A DNA stretch of 64,000 nucleotides, from contig NC_057718.1 of NCBI RefSeq assembly GCF_004010195.1, positions 8,083,552 through 8,147,551 of the forward strand. Direction: 5' to 3'. Under the pieces are notes generated by a model. That model was not told the origin of the DNA. It searched no databases and saw only the letters and a program-made list of their open reading frames with translations. Positions 11,801-26,026 of the stretch are shown here, in pieces. Both the position numbers and the translations under genes were made by a program. Source of the stretch: Chiloscyllium plagiosum. Its lineage: Eukaryota. Position 1 is the stretch's first letter. Every line of letters begins with the position of its first letter.

Positions 11801-13600
11801 ATTCTTCATGCATCAGCAACTGACATGCTATTCGACTGTGGCAGCACCACAACTGAACCCATTAGCAGCCTCAGTGTTCACTGACATAAGCCCATTTCTA
11901 AAAATACCCACAGTGTAAACAAATACTTCAGGATAAATATTGTGAGGACCCATTTTCTCAAAATGCACTGGTTGTGTGCAAAGCCTCACCAAATCTCTTG
12001 CAAGATTGCTCGCTAATTCATTCATGGGACATGCTTCTGTTTTCTGTTTTAACATATTCATTTTGATTCATTACAATAGAATCCAAGGTTTTTCCATTCA
12101 AACCCTCACTCAATTATGTCTTTGTCACCTTTAGACTTGACTATTTCATTACATTTGTGATCAACCTCACATCTATCACTCTTGAGCTCATCCAAAAGTC
12201 TGTGGGCCAGATCCTAGCATTCATCCATCATCCCTCTAATACTGACAGGTAAACAATGAATTGAAAATCTTTTTCCTTGTTTTCAAATGATTATATAGCC
12301 TTGCCTGTCCTTATCCATATAGTTTCCCCCCATCCACCTCTCCATGTCTTCCAGTTCTGAATGTTTGATTAACACTGATATTGATCTCTTGACAATAGTA
12401 GCCATGCTTTAACTGTCTCGACCAAACCTCTGGAATGTCTCTTATTGCTCTTTGCCTCTCTACATCTCCCTTGTCCTTCATGACACTTTTTAGGTTTTTA
12501 ATGGCCACATCTATAAGACCTCTTTATGGCTTAGCATCAATTTTGAGTCTATATACACTCCTGGAAAACATTGTGGGATATCTTACTAATAAACATGCTA
12601 TATAAATATGAGTCCTTGTCATTGCTGTCTGCCACTGATGCAGCCAACATTTGTCAACATGCCTGAATGTTTTTACTCTACAATGACATCATTTAACAAA
12701 CTTGTTACTCAAATTCCTGCGGTCTTCTCTCATCTTCTCCTGAAGACATGGACGACATGAGCAGCATCCCTCCTCCCACATCATTTTCTTTCCAGTGAGA
12801 CTAACGTGGTAAGTCCTGGTGGGCTATTTCTCTGTGGGAGCCATTCATTATCCTTGGCCCATTGGGCAAGCACGCACACTTTCAAATTTCAGAAGCACGC
12901 CAATCAGTTCTGGCACCAAACTCTATGGTTTAATCAGAAAGCAAGCACCAAAATGGTGGTTACCCATGATGCCTTCCTCTTCTCTATGAGCTCATGCCCA
13001 GCAACATTCAGTCAGAAGGGACACCAGAGGAATAAAGGATCAAGAGAAACTAGCCATGATAGTCCAGTTAGGATTGGGAAGTGATTTAGAATACGTGCAA
13101 TCTGTTGAAATACAACAAGATCTGCTTTTCAGATTGCCCAAGTGATTAAAATCATGCACATATGTTAGTTCCTCATTCTGGGTTTAGTTCCATTAATAAA
13201 AGCAAGCTTGCCAAGAGAAACCGAATGGAATAAATTGGTAGCACAGAGGAAGGACAAGCAGAGTGGAACAAACTAGAAATTAGATTAAGAGAAAGTCACA
13301 GTGCACGGTAAACAAAACAAATCCAGAAACATTTCGATCAACATATACATTTAAAACCTGCTGTTGTCAATATAAGGGTATAATATCAATAGAGTGCCTT
13401 GATACTCCATTGTCCATAATTTTAATATAGATCCAAAACCTTCTATAAATCACAGAAAAAAAAACAGATGTTTGCACAGTCTTCCTGTTGTTGCACTATG
13501 CCAATATTCCTCACAGTTAACTCATGCATGCTGTGCCTGTGTCTCTAATGGAAGTTGGCCATTTAAACAGGTCATGCTGTAACTACATTCTCCCAACACT

Positions 13601-15205
13601 TAAAAATCACATAACACCAGGTTATAGTCCAACAGGTTTATTTGGAAGCACTAGATTTCAGAGCACTGTTCCTTCATCAGGTAACTAGTGGGGCAGGATT
13701 TATAGCAAAAGATCACAGTGTTATGCAATTAAAACGATATAATGAACAAACCTAGATCTTGCATCTTTGAGAATGGGTTGCAGGTTTCGTTTTATTAATA
13801 TGGAAATCACAGAACTTCTTTGAAGTCACATTCTTGAGATAACCTAAGGGTTTATAAAATAAGTGACATCTCAGCTCAGACAATGTATTAAAGGTGTGAG
13901 GTCAGAGTCTGTCTGTATCTCAGTCTTGAGTCAGATTAGTTCTATTTCCAAAGTAGGAATGTTTATAATGTTACATGGATTGACTGCCTGCAGGTTGTGC
14001 GCTTTTTGAACAAAAATAGAACGTATATGCAAATACAATTCTGCAAATGCAAATTCACCCCATAGACTTATAGGCGTCTCTGCGTGCATTTGGGGGGGGG
14101 GGGGGAAAGGGGAGAAGATGGGGGAAGGGGGGGAGAGACTGTGCGAGTGTGTGCATGTGAGTGTGAGTGTGCATGTGAGTGTATTTGAATGTGTGCATGC
14201 TTGGTAGAGTGTGAGCATGAGTGTGACGGAATATAAGCCTGTGAGAGGGTATGCATATGGGTGTGAGTGTGGGGGGTGTATTTGTGTGTGAATGAGAGAG
14301 AGTGTGTGTGTCAAAGAGGGTCTGCATGAGTATATGTGGCCAAGTTCGGTACCCATGGAGATGGCCTCAACCAAGACCTTGGGTTCATGTCACACTACAG
14401 GTGACCCCACTATACACACACACACACACACACACTCTTACATACTCACACACTTGCGCAGACTCTCTCTTGTACACACACACATACACCCCCACACTCA
14501 TATCCACGCGCACACCCTCCCACAGGCTTATCCCCTGTCACACTCATGCACACTCTACCAAGCACACACACATTCAAACACACACTCTCATGACACTCAC
14601 ACTCACACACTCTCTCCCCTCTTCTCTCTCTCTCTCTTTCCCTCACATGCAGACACATACACATATACGTCTATGGAGTGAATTTGCATTTGCAGAATTG
14701 TATTTGCAGATACATTCTATTTTTGCTCAAAAAGCACACAACATACAGGCAGTCAATTCATGTAACATTATATAAATTCCTACTTTGGAAACAGAACCAG
14801 TCTGACTCAAGACTGGAATACAGATGGACTCTAACCTCACTTTTAATACATTGTCTGAGCTGCGATGTCACCTATTTTTACAAAACCTGAAGTTATCTCA
14901 AGAATGTGAATTAAAAGAAGTTCTGGGATTTACATATTAATCAACTAAAACCTACAACCCATTCTAAAAGGTGAAAGACTTAACAGCAAACTAGGTTTGT
15001 TCAATATATCATTTCAGTTGCATGACACTTTAATCTTTTGCGATAAATTCTGTGTCTTATGATCCTGCTCCACTAGTTACCTGATGAAGGAGCAGCGCTC
15101 TGAAAGCTAGTGCTTCCAAATAAACCTGTTGGACTATAACCTGGTGTTGTGTGATTCTTTTTAGCTTTGTCCACCCCAGTCCAACACTGGCACCTCCACA
15201 TCATG
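13601..15205 (+). mobile_element. Fold-back PLE remnant (~730-bp inverted arms)
   Basis: 13601-~14335 is the reverse complement of ~14410-15160. The spacer encodes VAKFGTHGDGLNQDLGFMSHYR* (PLE endonuclease C-terminus-like). CTGATGA..GAAA at 15081. Flanks tctcccaacact / tctcctaacagt. Confidence 0.85.
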
Positions 15206-15762
15206 TCTCCTAACAGTGGCAGCACAATAGTCATCCTCAGGCTTGCCTCATCCAACCTGTATCTTTGGAAAACTCCTTTTGTTTCAATCACTCGACCTCT
15301 GTCCTCCCCACATTGCTAATTAATCACAACAGTATTTATACATTGAACATTTAATGCCTGAACTTAAATTTTCCATTATACGTTACTAACCCTGAATTTA
15401 GAAAATGTAAATTGATGACTTGTAATTACACCCTATCATCAGGGTAGGAACTGCAGTGCCACCACTGGTGGGAGGGCATAATTGTTGCAAGATCCATTAT
15501 CACCTGGCCATTTGGTCAATTGGTCAGTACCAGCATTTGTGAATCCCCTCCCACTCTTCTTCACCTCAGCCTTCCAGTGTAGCTTTTCTTTTTCCATACA
15601 TCCAACTTTTCCCGAAATGCATCCATTCATTTTAACTGTGGCATTGAGTTTCACATTGTCTCACACATGTTCTGATAGCACCCCCTTCCACCCGGCTGAC
15701 TCCGACATGTCTTCACCTCTCCAATACGGAAGGTGGATTGTACAATTCTAAAGTGAGGCTTA

Positions 15763-16745
15763 GATATATACAGCATGGAAATGGACCCTTTGATCCAACC
15801 AGTCCATGCTAACCATAATTCCAAACTAAACTAGTCCCACCTGCCTGTGCTTGGCCCATATCCCTCCAAAATTTCTTATTCATGTACTTATCCAAATATC
15901 TTTAAAATATTGCAACTGTACTTGCATCCATCACTTCCTCTAGAAGCTCATTCCACACATGAACCACTCTCTGTGTAAAAACAATTGCCCATGTCTTTTT
16001 TAAATCTCTCTTTTCTCACCTTAAAAATATAGCCCCTAGTCTTGAAATTCCCCCAACCTAGAGAAATGACATCTGCACTTCACCTTATTTATACCCCCAT
16101 GGTTTTATAGACCTCTATTAGAATCATAGAATCGAATCCCTACAGTGTGGAAACAGGCCTTTGGCCCAGCAAGCCAACACTGACCCTCCAAAGAGGATCC
16201 CACCCAGACCCATTCCCTGAACCTATACTGTACATTTATCCCTGACTAATGCACCTAACCTACACATCCCTGAGCAGTACAGCCAATTTAGCATGGCCAA
16301 TTCATCTAATCTGCACATCTTTGGATTGTGGGGGGAAACCGAAGCACCCAGAGGAAAATCACACAGACACAGAAAGAATGTGTAAACTCTGCACAGAAAG
16401 TCATCCGAGGCTGGAATCGAACCCTGGGTGCCTGGTGCTGTTAGGCAGCAATGCTAACCACTGGGCCACCATACCATCGCAGCAAGTGAGGTTAGGTCAC
16501 CCCTCAACATCCTAACTCGAGTGAAAGAAGTCCCAGCCTATCCAGCCTCTCCTTGTAACTCAAACCCTCCATTCCCAGCAGCATCTTGTTAAATCTTTTC
16601 TGAACCCTCTCCAGCTGAAGAATATCCATCCTGTAACAGGGTGACCAGACATAGACACAGTTCTCCAAAAAAGGCCTCATTAACACCCTGGACAACCTCA
16701 ACATGACTTCCCAACTCCTACACACAGAGGTCTGAGCAATGAAGA
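15763..16745 (-). mobile_element. CR1 3' fragment with a nested HE1 SINE (~16120-16482)
   Basis: LERVQKRFNKMLLGMEGLSYKERLDRLGL; the SINE interrupts colinear LINE sequence. Confidence 0.85.
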
Positions 16746-17293
16746 TGACCCTGCTGAACTCCTGCTTACGTGAAGTTGAAATGTATGCAACTTTCAATCC
16801 AAGCACGCATGGCCCACCCCACCCCACACCCTCTACTAACCCTGCTACACCGATAGGTCTTATGTATAAAGTTACGGAAATCTAAACAAAAAATAAACAA
16901 ATAACTGTGGGGATGCTGGAAATCTAAAACAGAAACAGAAATTGCTGAAGAAACCCATCATAGAAGGATCACTGGGCTCAAAACATTAACTCATTTTCTT
17001 TCTCCAGAGATGTTGCCAGACCTTCTCCAGCAATTTCTGTTTTTAGTGACAGGAAACTTGTTCACTTCAAGTAGGTGGATTAATGGAGCAATCAGAGATG
17101 GAATGCCTCCAAAGTCTTTACCAATTCACTCTCTAATATCACCAACAGCAGGTTTGGACTATTAATGCTCAATGTTCAAAATAACCAAAAGCGAAGTTTT
17201 AACTCAATTTTAAAAAACATCGTCTGTGAAATAAAACAGAATTAAAAATGGAATGACGTTTTCCATCTTGTTCTGGGAAGGGGATATGCTTAC

Positions 17294-17384
17294 CTGTGCA
17301 ATCGAGACAGATTGTGAAAATAGCCAAATGGCAGAGAAAGTTCCAGAAGCTCCAACCTTGGTGAAAGCGCCACCTGCTGGACAT
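17294..17384 (-). CDS. ADGRG6: ADGRG6/GPR126 first coding exon (signal peptide); exon spans 17294-17385
   Basis: Minus strand: acceptor tttcttctcttgcag|G ATG, then MSSRWRFHQGWSFWNFLCHLAIFTICLDCT-G|gtaagc (phase-1 donor). The hydrophobic leader joins in frame to the CUB exon. Confidence 0.8.
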
Positions 17385-20001
17385 CCTGCAAGAGAAGAAA
17401 CAAGCCCGTGGGCAAAGATGAACAAGAATAAGTTTTCAGAGAAATGTCTGGCTCCCATTTGATGTGGCTGTGGCTGTTACACTCATAGCTGAATGAGGCA
17501 AAATATTCTCCCACTGCTTAATTACAAAGATTCGATAATTATACAATTTGCTTCAACAATATTCTGAGGCTCGGAACACCCAGAGGGTGCACCAGCTGCT
17601 CCTCCATGACTTTTCCAGAAAATGGGACAGCCACCACACCCCTGGGATGGATTGGTAACAGTTCCAAGACAGCGCCTACTCAATTTATTCTTCAATGCTT
17701 GAGCTAAAAGCAAACAGGATGAATCTACAACCCCTTCACCGTCCCAAGCTGCTGGGAATTAAACCTAACTAGCTTCTTTACATGATGTAGACTTCAATCT
17801 CATTGAGGTCAGATTGGGTAGGGATGGGGTTAACCTTTCATAAAAGATGTCAATGAAACCTGGACAGGCTTTGGCTTATTTCCTCAAGATTACCCAAAGA
17901 TTTATTGAATTGATTGAGGTAATTCATGGGAATCTCATAAGAAGGGGATTAAGCAATGTAGGAGTAGTGGTTCAGATAATGAGTTCAAATTTCATCATAT
18001 GGGGAAATTAAATTCAGTTAATTAAGTTAAAAAGAAGACCCTGGAATAAAGACCTGGCATCAATGCTGATCTGGCCTACATGTGAATCCAGGCCAACAGC
18101 AATATGGTGGACACTATAGTGCCCTCCGAAATGGAGTAGAAACCATTTGTTCTGCATCAAAACACAATAGAAAAGCTACCTGCACCACAAGGACCGCTAC
18201 AATTCGAGAAGGGGACCACCACCACCTTCTCAAGGGCAAATGGGAATGTCCACAAATGCTAGCCTTTCCAGTGATGCTCACAAAATACAGCATTCACCTC
18301 TTTGAATTCTGCAGCACTGAAGCTCAGCCACTATTATCTGCCTGTCTCAAAAACAGGTTCAGGGATCCTTCCTTATCAATGTATCTCACCTCTACACTGG
18401 GCTGTACTCCTAGACTTACCCAGCTATGTTTGGGTCAGGGCTGAGGGCCTGTCATCTATTGTGGTTTGGACTTTTTTTATTCACAGAACATAGGCATCAG
18501 TGACCAGGCCAACATTTATTGACCCTCCTTGATTTCTCAGCGGGCACCTAAGTGTTGAACACATTGCTGTGGGTATGGAGTCACATATAGGTCAGATCAG
18601 GTAAGGACAGCAGTTTCTTTCCCAAGACGGCATTTGCGATCCAAAAGGTTTTGCCCCCAAATGACCAACAATAGTTCCACAGTCACCATTAGGTTTGTTA
18701 CTGAATTCAGATTTCACCATCTGTCGTGGTAGGATTTGCGCCCATGGCCCCATAACATTACCTGGGTCTCTTGATTGAGAGTCTCATGAGAACCCAATTG
18801 GGGCATCACATCCCCATATGCTTGGAAAAGGGTGAGAGGTGCTGCTCAGGAGGATGGAAAGATGAAGACATGTTGGAGTCACTAACAGAACATGTGGGAC
18901 TGGGAGAATGTGAGTCTGGCTGAACATGAATTGGACGGATGCTTTAAGGGGAAGCTATGGAAAAGGACTGGAAAATTATGCTTTGACTCCAACTGGATAA
19001 TGACTCCAGCACCATCTAAATAAATCAGGGATACCTTTAAAACATCTTGCTCAAACATGTTCTGTACAAAGAGGAAATCTAATGTACTGGGATTTCTGAG
19101 TCAGTCTTTCAATTTCAATTCAGGAAGGAGCAACTCAAGACTATTATTAGCTTCTTTTCATCACTCTTGTGTTACAACGAGCATTCTGCTTTGAAACAGT
19201 TGCCGAGTGGGATTCAAATTGGAATCCTCCATGATGACTTCATTAGGTTCCACTTCAGTGAGAGCACAAGTAAGGAATGCTGCTTCCTGGAGGGTTTTCC
19301 CTATTACAAAGACACACTGGTTACAAGGTCTCACTCATCGCTTTCAACAGTAATTACACAGCATAAAACCTGTTATCATGGTTTATTCATAGTTGGGAGT
19401 AAATGAAGGTGTATCAATTATAATTGAACAGAAAGTAGATTCATCCTAACTTCAAAAAGATTTCAGTCTAAAATATCTTGGCGCCATGAACAGATTTAAC
19501 AAAATGAGTCTCTGTACTGAAGGTAAGTGTAGGCTATATGATGATTTGACCGGGGCGGGGGAGGGGAGGGTGTTAAGCTATCAAGACACCACATAGTGTT
19601 TTTGTAGATCACTTAGTTCAACTTGAAAGTTTAGGGAGGATCATGTTCCCCCCTACATATTTTGAAGTCACACCCAAACTAAGATCAAAGCTAATCCAGT
19701 ATTTCCCAGCTTTAAATATAATGTGGACTCAAGTTAGGCATCATCTGTGGACAGAAGTAAAGTTAATGCTTCAGCTGTCGATCTTTCACCAGAGGCTTTC
19801 CAAAAAGCTGTCTCAGTAATGGTGACCGTGAGTCTACTATTGATTATCGTAAAAGACTATCTGGTTCACTCATGTCGTTTAGGGAAGGAAATCTGGTCTG
19901 GCCTCCACGTGACTCCTCTTCAATGTGGTCCATTCTTAGCTGCTCTCTGAAGCAAGGCCCTCACTTCAAGCGCATTTAGGAATAGGCAACAAATACCTAC
20001 A

Positions 20002-20452
20002 GCATCCGAGGAGCAGGAAAATCGACATTTCGGGCCTCATTCATGATGAAGGGCTTTTGCCCGAAACATTGATTTTCCTGCTCCATGGATGCTGCTTGAC
20101 CTGCTGTGCTTTTAGATTAGATTAGATTAGATTACAGTGTGGAAACAGGCCCTTCGGCCCAACAAGTCCACACCGACCCGCCGAAGCGAAACCCACCCAT
20201 ACCCCTACATTTACCCCTTACCTAACACTATGGGTAATTTAGCATGGCCAATTCACCTGACCTGCACATCTTTGGACTGTGGGAGGAAACCGGAGCACCC
20301 GGAGGAAACCCACGCAGACACGGGGAGAATGTGCAAACTCCACACAGTCAGTCGCCTGAGGCGGGAATTGAACCTGGGTCTCTGGCGCTGTGAGGCAGCA
20401 CCACTCCAATCTTGACTCTGATCTCCAGCATCTGCAGTCCTCACTTTTGCCG
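20002..20452 (+). mobile_element. Short fold-back PLE derivative interrupted by an HE1 SINE
   Basis: 14-bp TSD aacaaatacctaca (19988-20001 and 20453-20466); tgatgaagggcttttgcccgaaac at ~20045. Confidence 0.85.
20113..20400 (-). mobile_element. HE1-like V-SINE
   Basis: Reverse of the tRNA-like head ..gctgcctcacagcgccagagacccaggttcaattcc, V-domain ggtgctccggtttcctcccacagtccaaagatgtg, and (ATCTA)n tail. Confidence 0.9.
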
Positions 20453-20884
20453 AACAAATACCTACACCTACACCCTATCGAAGAAGATAATGTTGCCAAA
20501 CCTGCTGAGTACTTTGAGAATTGTTTTTGTTGTTATTTCAGATTCCCAATATTTTACATTTGTATTATCATCTATTCCAAGAACTGGAGCACCGTGATTG
20601 GCCCAAGTGGTGGAATTGGCAGTGACTTCACTCCTGTGAGAGCTGGGCCAGTTTCAGACTGGGATGGTGATCTCCTAGCACATGGGTCACTTCTGAATGA
20701 GCAGTTTATGGATTCAAATCCCAGTCTTAAATACACAGGCTCCTCATGCAGTAGTGAGGAGGTGCTGCACTGTCAGAAGTGCAGTTATTTTGGTGTGATG
20801 TTAAGTCAATCTCACATCTGATTGCTGTAAAAGATTCCCCAACTTTCAAAGGGAGGAATGTGCATTGTCCTCAGAGTAGTGAGG

Positions 20885-21195
20885 GCAGTATGTTGGTTCA
20901 GTGGTTAGCATTGCTGCCTCACAGCATCAGGGATCAGACAACCCTCTGTGTGGTGTTTCTGTATTTTCCCTGTGCCTGCGCAGGGTTCTGCTGGGTTGCT
21001 CCGGTTTCCTCCCACAATCCAAAGATGTGCCGGTTAGGTGGATTGGCCATGCTGAATTGGCCCATTGTTCACAGGGCATGTTGGCTAGGCAGATTAGCTA
21101 TGGGAAATGTAAGGTTACGGGGGTGGACAAATCGTCAGAGGTGTGTTGTGGACTCAATCAGCCGACTCGCCTGCTTTCAAACTGTGGAGATCCTA
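20885..21195 (+). mobile_element. Diverged HE1-like SINE
   Basis: ttcagtggttagcattgctgcctcacagc and gctccggtttcctcccacaatccaaagatgtg. Confidence 0.8.
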
Positions 21196-23034
21196 TGATG
21201 AAAGAGATGTAACAAAAGCAACTCTGCTGGATGGACTCCTGAGCAGAAAGGACAGTGGCCGAGAGGGAAAAGGGGACTGACTGAATTATCCTCCAGAGAG
21301 CTGGCACAGACTCAATGGACCAAATGGCCATCTTCTGTGCTGTAATGACTCTGCGTGACCTCCAGCAATCCCTTTGCGCATACAGAAATTTGAAATGTAC
21401 ACTAGAAGTCTGCTAACATTCATTATAGTACTGTGGCAGTCAGGTACACACACACACGCAATCCGTCAAAACCGTTTGCAAATCCAACCAGACATGTCCA
21501 ACAAAACCACTGGAATATACCAGACTGAAACACAACAGCAATTCAACAAAACCCCACCAACATACCAAGATAGAACAGCAACCCCCAGATTACAACCCTC
21601 CAGAGTCATAGAGATATACAGCACGGAAACAGACCCTTTGCTCCAACTTGTCCAGGCCAACCAGATATCCTAACTTCATCAAGTACCATTTGGCCCAAAT
21701 CCTCTTCATATCCACATTCAGATGTATTTTAATCCCATCAAACTACAGCATTAGCATGCTTTAATCCATCATATTAGCAAACCAAAAAGAAAAGTAAGTA
21801 CACTGCAAAACCGTCGATAGTTTTGCAAAGCTCAAAAATATACTCATAACCCCAGCCTATTAGGGTATACAGTAAATTATTCTACCCATGGGCAAATTAA
21901 ACAAATTTCAATAGTAATGCACAAAGGCACTGTCTTACAACAGTATCATTACCAAAACAATTCATCATTCCACCAAAGCCTGCAAGCACACATACCAATC
22001 ATAGCAACTACTTTATAATGTAGTACTGAATCACCAGCATATCCTAAACAATATCATAAGACCACAATCTTGGCAAATTTGCAACCAACAAAGCATGCCA
22101 GCAAAAAACACCAATTTCATCGGAAAATCCTCTGAAATTCATCCTTTCGTCAGAAAGTATCTCAACATTCATCACAAATTGCACCAATAAACCCAACATC
22201 CATTTCAACGACAACTTACAGCAACAATAATAGTGTAATAGAAGTCATTGCTGTGGTTACCAATATAGCACAAGCCCTACCCTTCATCAGTGCTGGTTTG
22301 AGGAGCAAGCTCATCGACATGCATTACCAGTTTCACCAGCAGATCCATCCCGAATGAAATATCAGCAACTCTCACTAAAAACGACCATGGTCTTCTGTCT
22401 CTGCCACAGGGATATTTCATGAGCATGTCCTGCTGGCTAATAGTTGGGCAGATATGGAAATAAAGAGCTGGGTTCTGTGGAGCAGTGATGATTGACAAAG
22501 CCTCGACAGCGCTTTTCACTGACGGAGGGAGGTGTCTGATCACAGGTGAATATTTGAGGCAAAATGTGTCAACAACTTCGCAGGAATGTTGCAAGGTTTA
22601 TGACTAACCTTTCAACTGACATTCTTCTGCTTTTAATGTTAGGCTCCACCAATAAACATTTTGCCAGGCCCCTAGGCATCGAGCATCATTGTCATAAGTG
22701 CATGCTGTTCTCACGTGGCATGCCATCCCTTTATATAAACCCGTGTTTACCTCCAGTACAGAAATATTCAGTATGACATTAAGCAAATGCCTTAAACATT
22801 TTCTTGCATTTCTTCAGCTCATTTGACAGACCACCTGAGGAAGGTGAGGGTAGCAGTAGGGAGGTTGGCATGAGTGGACTGTCAAGGAACCTTCCAATTT
22901 CTGTGCTAAGGGGTCATTGGATCTGAAGCATTAACTCTGTTTCTCTCTTCACAGAGAGCTGCCAGAACTGCTGAGTTCCTCCAGCAATTTCTGTTTCTGT
23001 TTCTTCTGATTCCTGTGTTGCTGTCGTGATTTTA

Positions 23035-23378
23035 GAATCCTTAGAGTGCAGAAACAGGCCATTCAGCCCAACATGTCTACAACCGACCCTCCAAAGAGCA
23101 ACCCACCCAGACCTATTCCCCTACCCTATTACTTTACATTTACCCCTGACTAATGCACTTAACCTACACATCTCTGAACACTATGGGGCAATTTAGCATG
23201 GCCAGTTCACCTAACCAGCATACATTTTGGATCGTGGGAGGAAACCAGAGCACATGGAGGAAACCCACGCAGACAAGGGGAGAATGTGCAAACTCCACAC
23301 AGATAGTCGCCCAAGGTGGGAATCGAACCTGGGTCCCTGGCGCTGTGAGGCAGCAGTGTTAAGCACTGAGCCACCATT
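23035..23378 (-). mobile_element. HE1-like V-SINE
   Basis: Same head, V-domain and 3' end in reverse. Confidence 0.88.
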
Positions 23379-23843
23379 CCAACCAACTGGAACCAATTGG
23401 ATCATGTTGACTGTGAGATCCTTGATTGAGGTTGTTAACCTGGGCCAATCAGAAAAGCCTTTGCAGACCGATATAACCAGGGGATTCAGAATCTCCTGAG
23501 TTCAGGGACTGACTCTGAGCTGGCTGGTTACAGCCAGTTTTACTGTGCACATGAAAATAAAGGGTGACTCAGTACCGGGATATTGGCCTCTGAGCAGTTA
23601 TTTCAGTTGTCCTATACAGTCACAGGCTGCATTAAGTCATTTAGCTGACTCCACATTATTCAAGTCTCTGATCCAATTACATACCCGAGACAGCCCAAGC
23701 CTCTTACTCATGAGGAGTGTAGAATCAGCTGTGATTCTGCACAGATCACACTCAAAGGGTTAGGAGCAGCACCATTGAGTTCATTAGGTCTGTTCCACCG
23801 TTGAATACAAATCACGGGTTAATCACTTGCCTTTCCGACGTGA

Positions 23844-23976
23844 TTTCTGATGAAGGGCTTTTGCCCGAAACGTCAATTTTCCTGCTCCTCGGTTGCTGCC
23901 TGACCTGCTGTGCTTTTCCAGCACCACTCTAATCTAGACCTTGATCTCCAGCAACTGCAGTCCTCACTTTCACCTT
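23844..23976 (+). mobile_element. Short hammerhead-headed PLE derivative
   Basis: Intact ctgatgaagggcttttgcccgaaacgtc (23847-23874) plus the family 3' segment. Confidence 0.85.
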
Positions 23977-24315
23977 GCCGAAGTAACTGCAGTTTATGGA
24001 GCAGCTCAGCCAGATCTCTCTGTATCACAGAGTTCTGCTGTCTCTCTCCTTTGAAATAACATGTCTATTGTTCCAAACATCCAATATTTTCTTCTAACTC
24101 TGAAGGTGGTCAGCAATGTGATTATGACACATTGATCTCTTTTGCAGTGTTGATTAAGGGATATATTTATGAGCCAAGGCACTGAGGAGCACTCTCTTTT
24201 GAAATATAGGGCAATGGGACCATTCCTATCCCCTGATCCAGTCACAGAGGGCCTCAGTTTAATGTTTCAGTGGAAGGACTGCACCTCCGACAGTGTAGTA
24301 CCCCACTGGAGAATT

Positions 24316-24665
24316 AGAGTCATAGAGATGTACAGCATGGAAACAGACCCTTCAGTCCAACCTGTCCATGCCATCCAGATATCCCAACCCAATCTCATTC
24401 CACCTACCAGCACCCGGCCCATATCTCTCCAAATTCTTCCTATTCATATACCCATCCAAATGCCTCTTAAATGTTGCAATTGTACCAGCCTACGCTCCAG
24501 GGAAAACAGCCCCAGCCTGTTCAGCCTCTCCCTACAGCTCAAATCTTCCAACCCTGGCAACATCCTTGTAAATCTTTTCTGAACCCTTTCAAGTTTCACA
24601 ACATCTTTCCAATTGGAAGGAGACCAGAATTGTACGCAATATTCCAACAGTGGCCCAACCAATGT
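24316..24665 (-). mobile_element. CR1 3' fragment with an internal deletion
   Basis: LLEYCVQFWSP..KLERVQKRFTRMLPGLE and tail. Confidence 0.85.
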
Positions 24666-25197
24666 CCAATTATCAATGTACCAATGTACAATGTAACCTG
24701 TACAATTATCCTGATTTTTACATCTCATTGTCTGAATCTCAGGATCTTACAGCTGAAAGGTACAATTACCACAAACTGACAGTCAGCCATACTCTCTGAG
24801 GAAGAGAATTCCACAGACTAGCAATCCTCTAAAGAGAAACATCCCAGTCTTAAATGGGAAACCATTAATTTTTAAACCATGTCCCCTAACTTTAGAGTCC
24901 TCCACAAGGGGAAACACCCTCTCAGCATCTACCCTTTCACATCCTCTCAGCATGTTACATGTTTCAATAAATCACTGCTCACTCTTCTAAACTCTAAACT
25001 AAAAGACAATCCTGCTCAATTTTTTCCTCACATTCTTCCCAGGAATCAGTTGGGTGAATCTTTTCTGAACTGCTACGAATCTTCACAAGTTCATATGATA
25101 TAGGAGCAGAATTAGGCCATTTGGCCCATCAAGTCTGCTCCGCCATTCCACCATGGCTGATATTAATCCATCAATCTAATTCTATCCTTTCTGTCCA

Positions 25198-25860
25198 ATG
25201 AAAAAGTTGAGAGATGACTTAATTGAGACATATAAAATAATCAGAGGGTTCCATAGGGTGGACAGTGAGAGCCTTTTTCTTCAGATGGTGATAACTAACA
25301 CAAGGGGACATAGCTTTAAATTGAGGGGTGATAGATATAGGACTGATGTCAGAGGTCGTTTCTTTACTCAGAGAGTAGTAGGGGTGTGGAACGGCCTGCC
25401 TGCCATTGTAGACTCACCAACTTTAAGGGCATTTAAATGGTCATTGAATAGACATAGGGATGAAAAAGGAATCGTGTAGGTTAGATGGATTTCAGATTGG
25501 TTTCACAGGTTGGTGCAATATTGAGGGCTGAAGGGCCTTACTGCGCTGTAATGGTCTATGTTCTATGTTCTCAAGTGAGGATATTAATCTGTGCTTCATA
25601 TTCCAAAGTGGTCTCATTGAGGACCTGCACAGCTGTAGCAGCCTTTTCCTCCTGTTAGACTCAATTCCCCCCCATAGTAATAACCAACATTCTGTTTCTT
25701 TCGTCATCACTATTTGTGCCTGTGAACTAACTTGGTACAGTTCATGTACCAGGACACCCAGATCCTTCTGCACCTTTTTGTTCTGCAGTCTCTCTCCATT
25801 TAATTAATAGACTGATTCTCTATCTTCCTGCCAAAGTTTACAAGTTCACATTTCCCCACA
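25198..25860. mobile_element. Two opposed CR1 fragments (+ 25198-25570, - 25572-25860)
   Basis: LRDDLIETYKII..TRGHSFKL..FFTQRVV on the plus strand; QKDLGVLVH on the minus strand. Confidence 0.75.
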
Positions 25861-25930
25861 GACCTAAGATAACAGTGAATTGTTCTGGGGCATGGATAGG
25901 ATGAATAGCCAAGGTCTTTTCCCTCGGGTA

Positions 25931-26026
25931 AAAATTCCTGAAGAAGGGCTCATGCCCGAAACGTCGACTCTCCTGTTCCTTGGATGCTGCCTGACCTGCT
26001 GTGCTTTTCCAGCAACACATTTTCAG
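25931..26026 (+). mobile_element. Short hammerhead-headed PLE derivative inserted in a CR1 fragment
   Basis: Core ctgaagaagggctcatgcccgaaacgtc (25938-25965); 15-bp TSD cttttccct(c/a)gggta. Confidence 0.85.
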
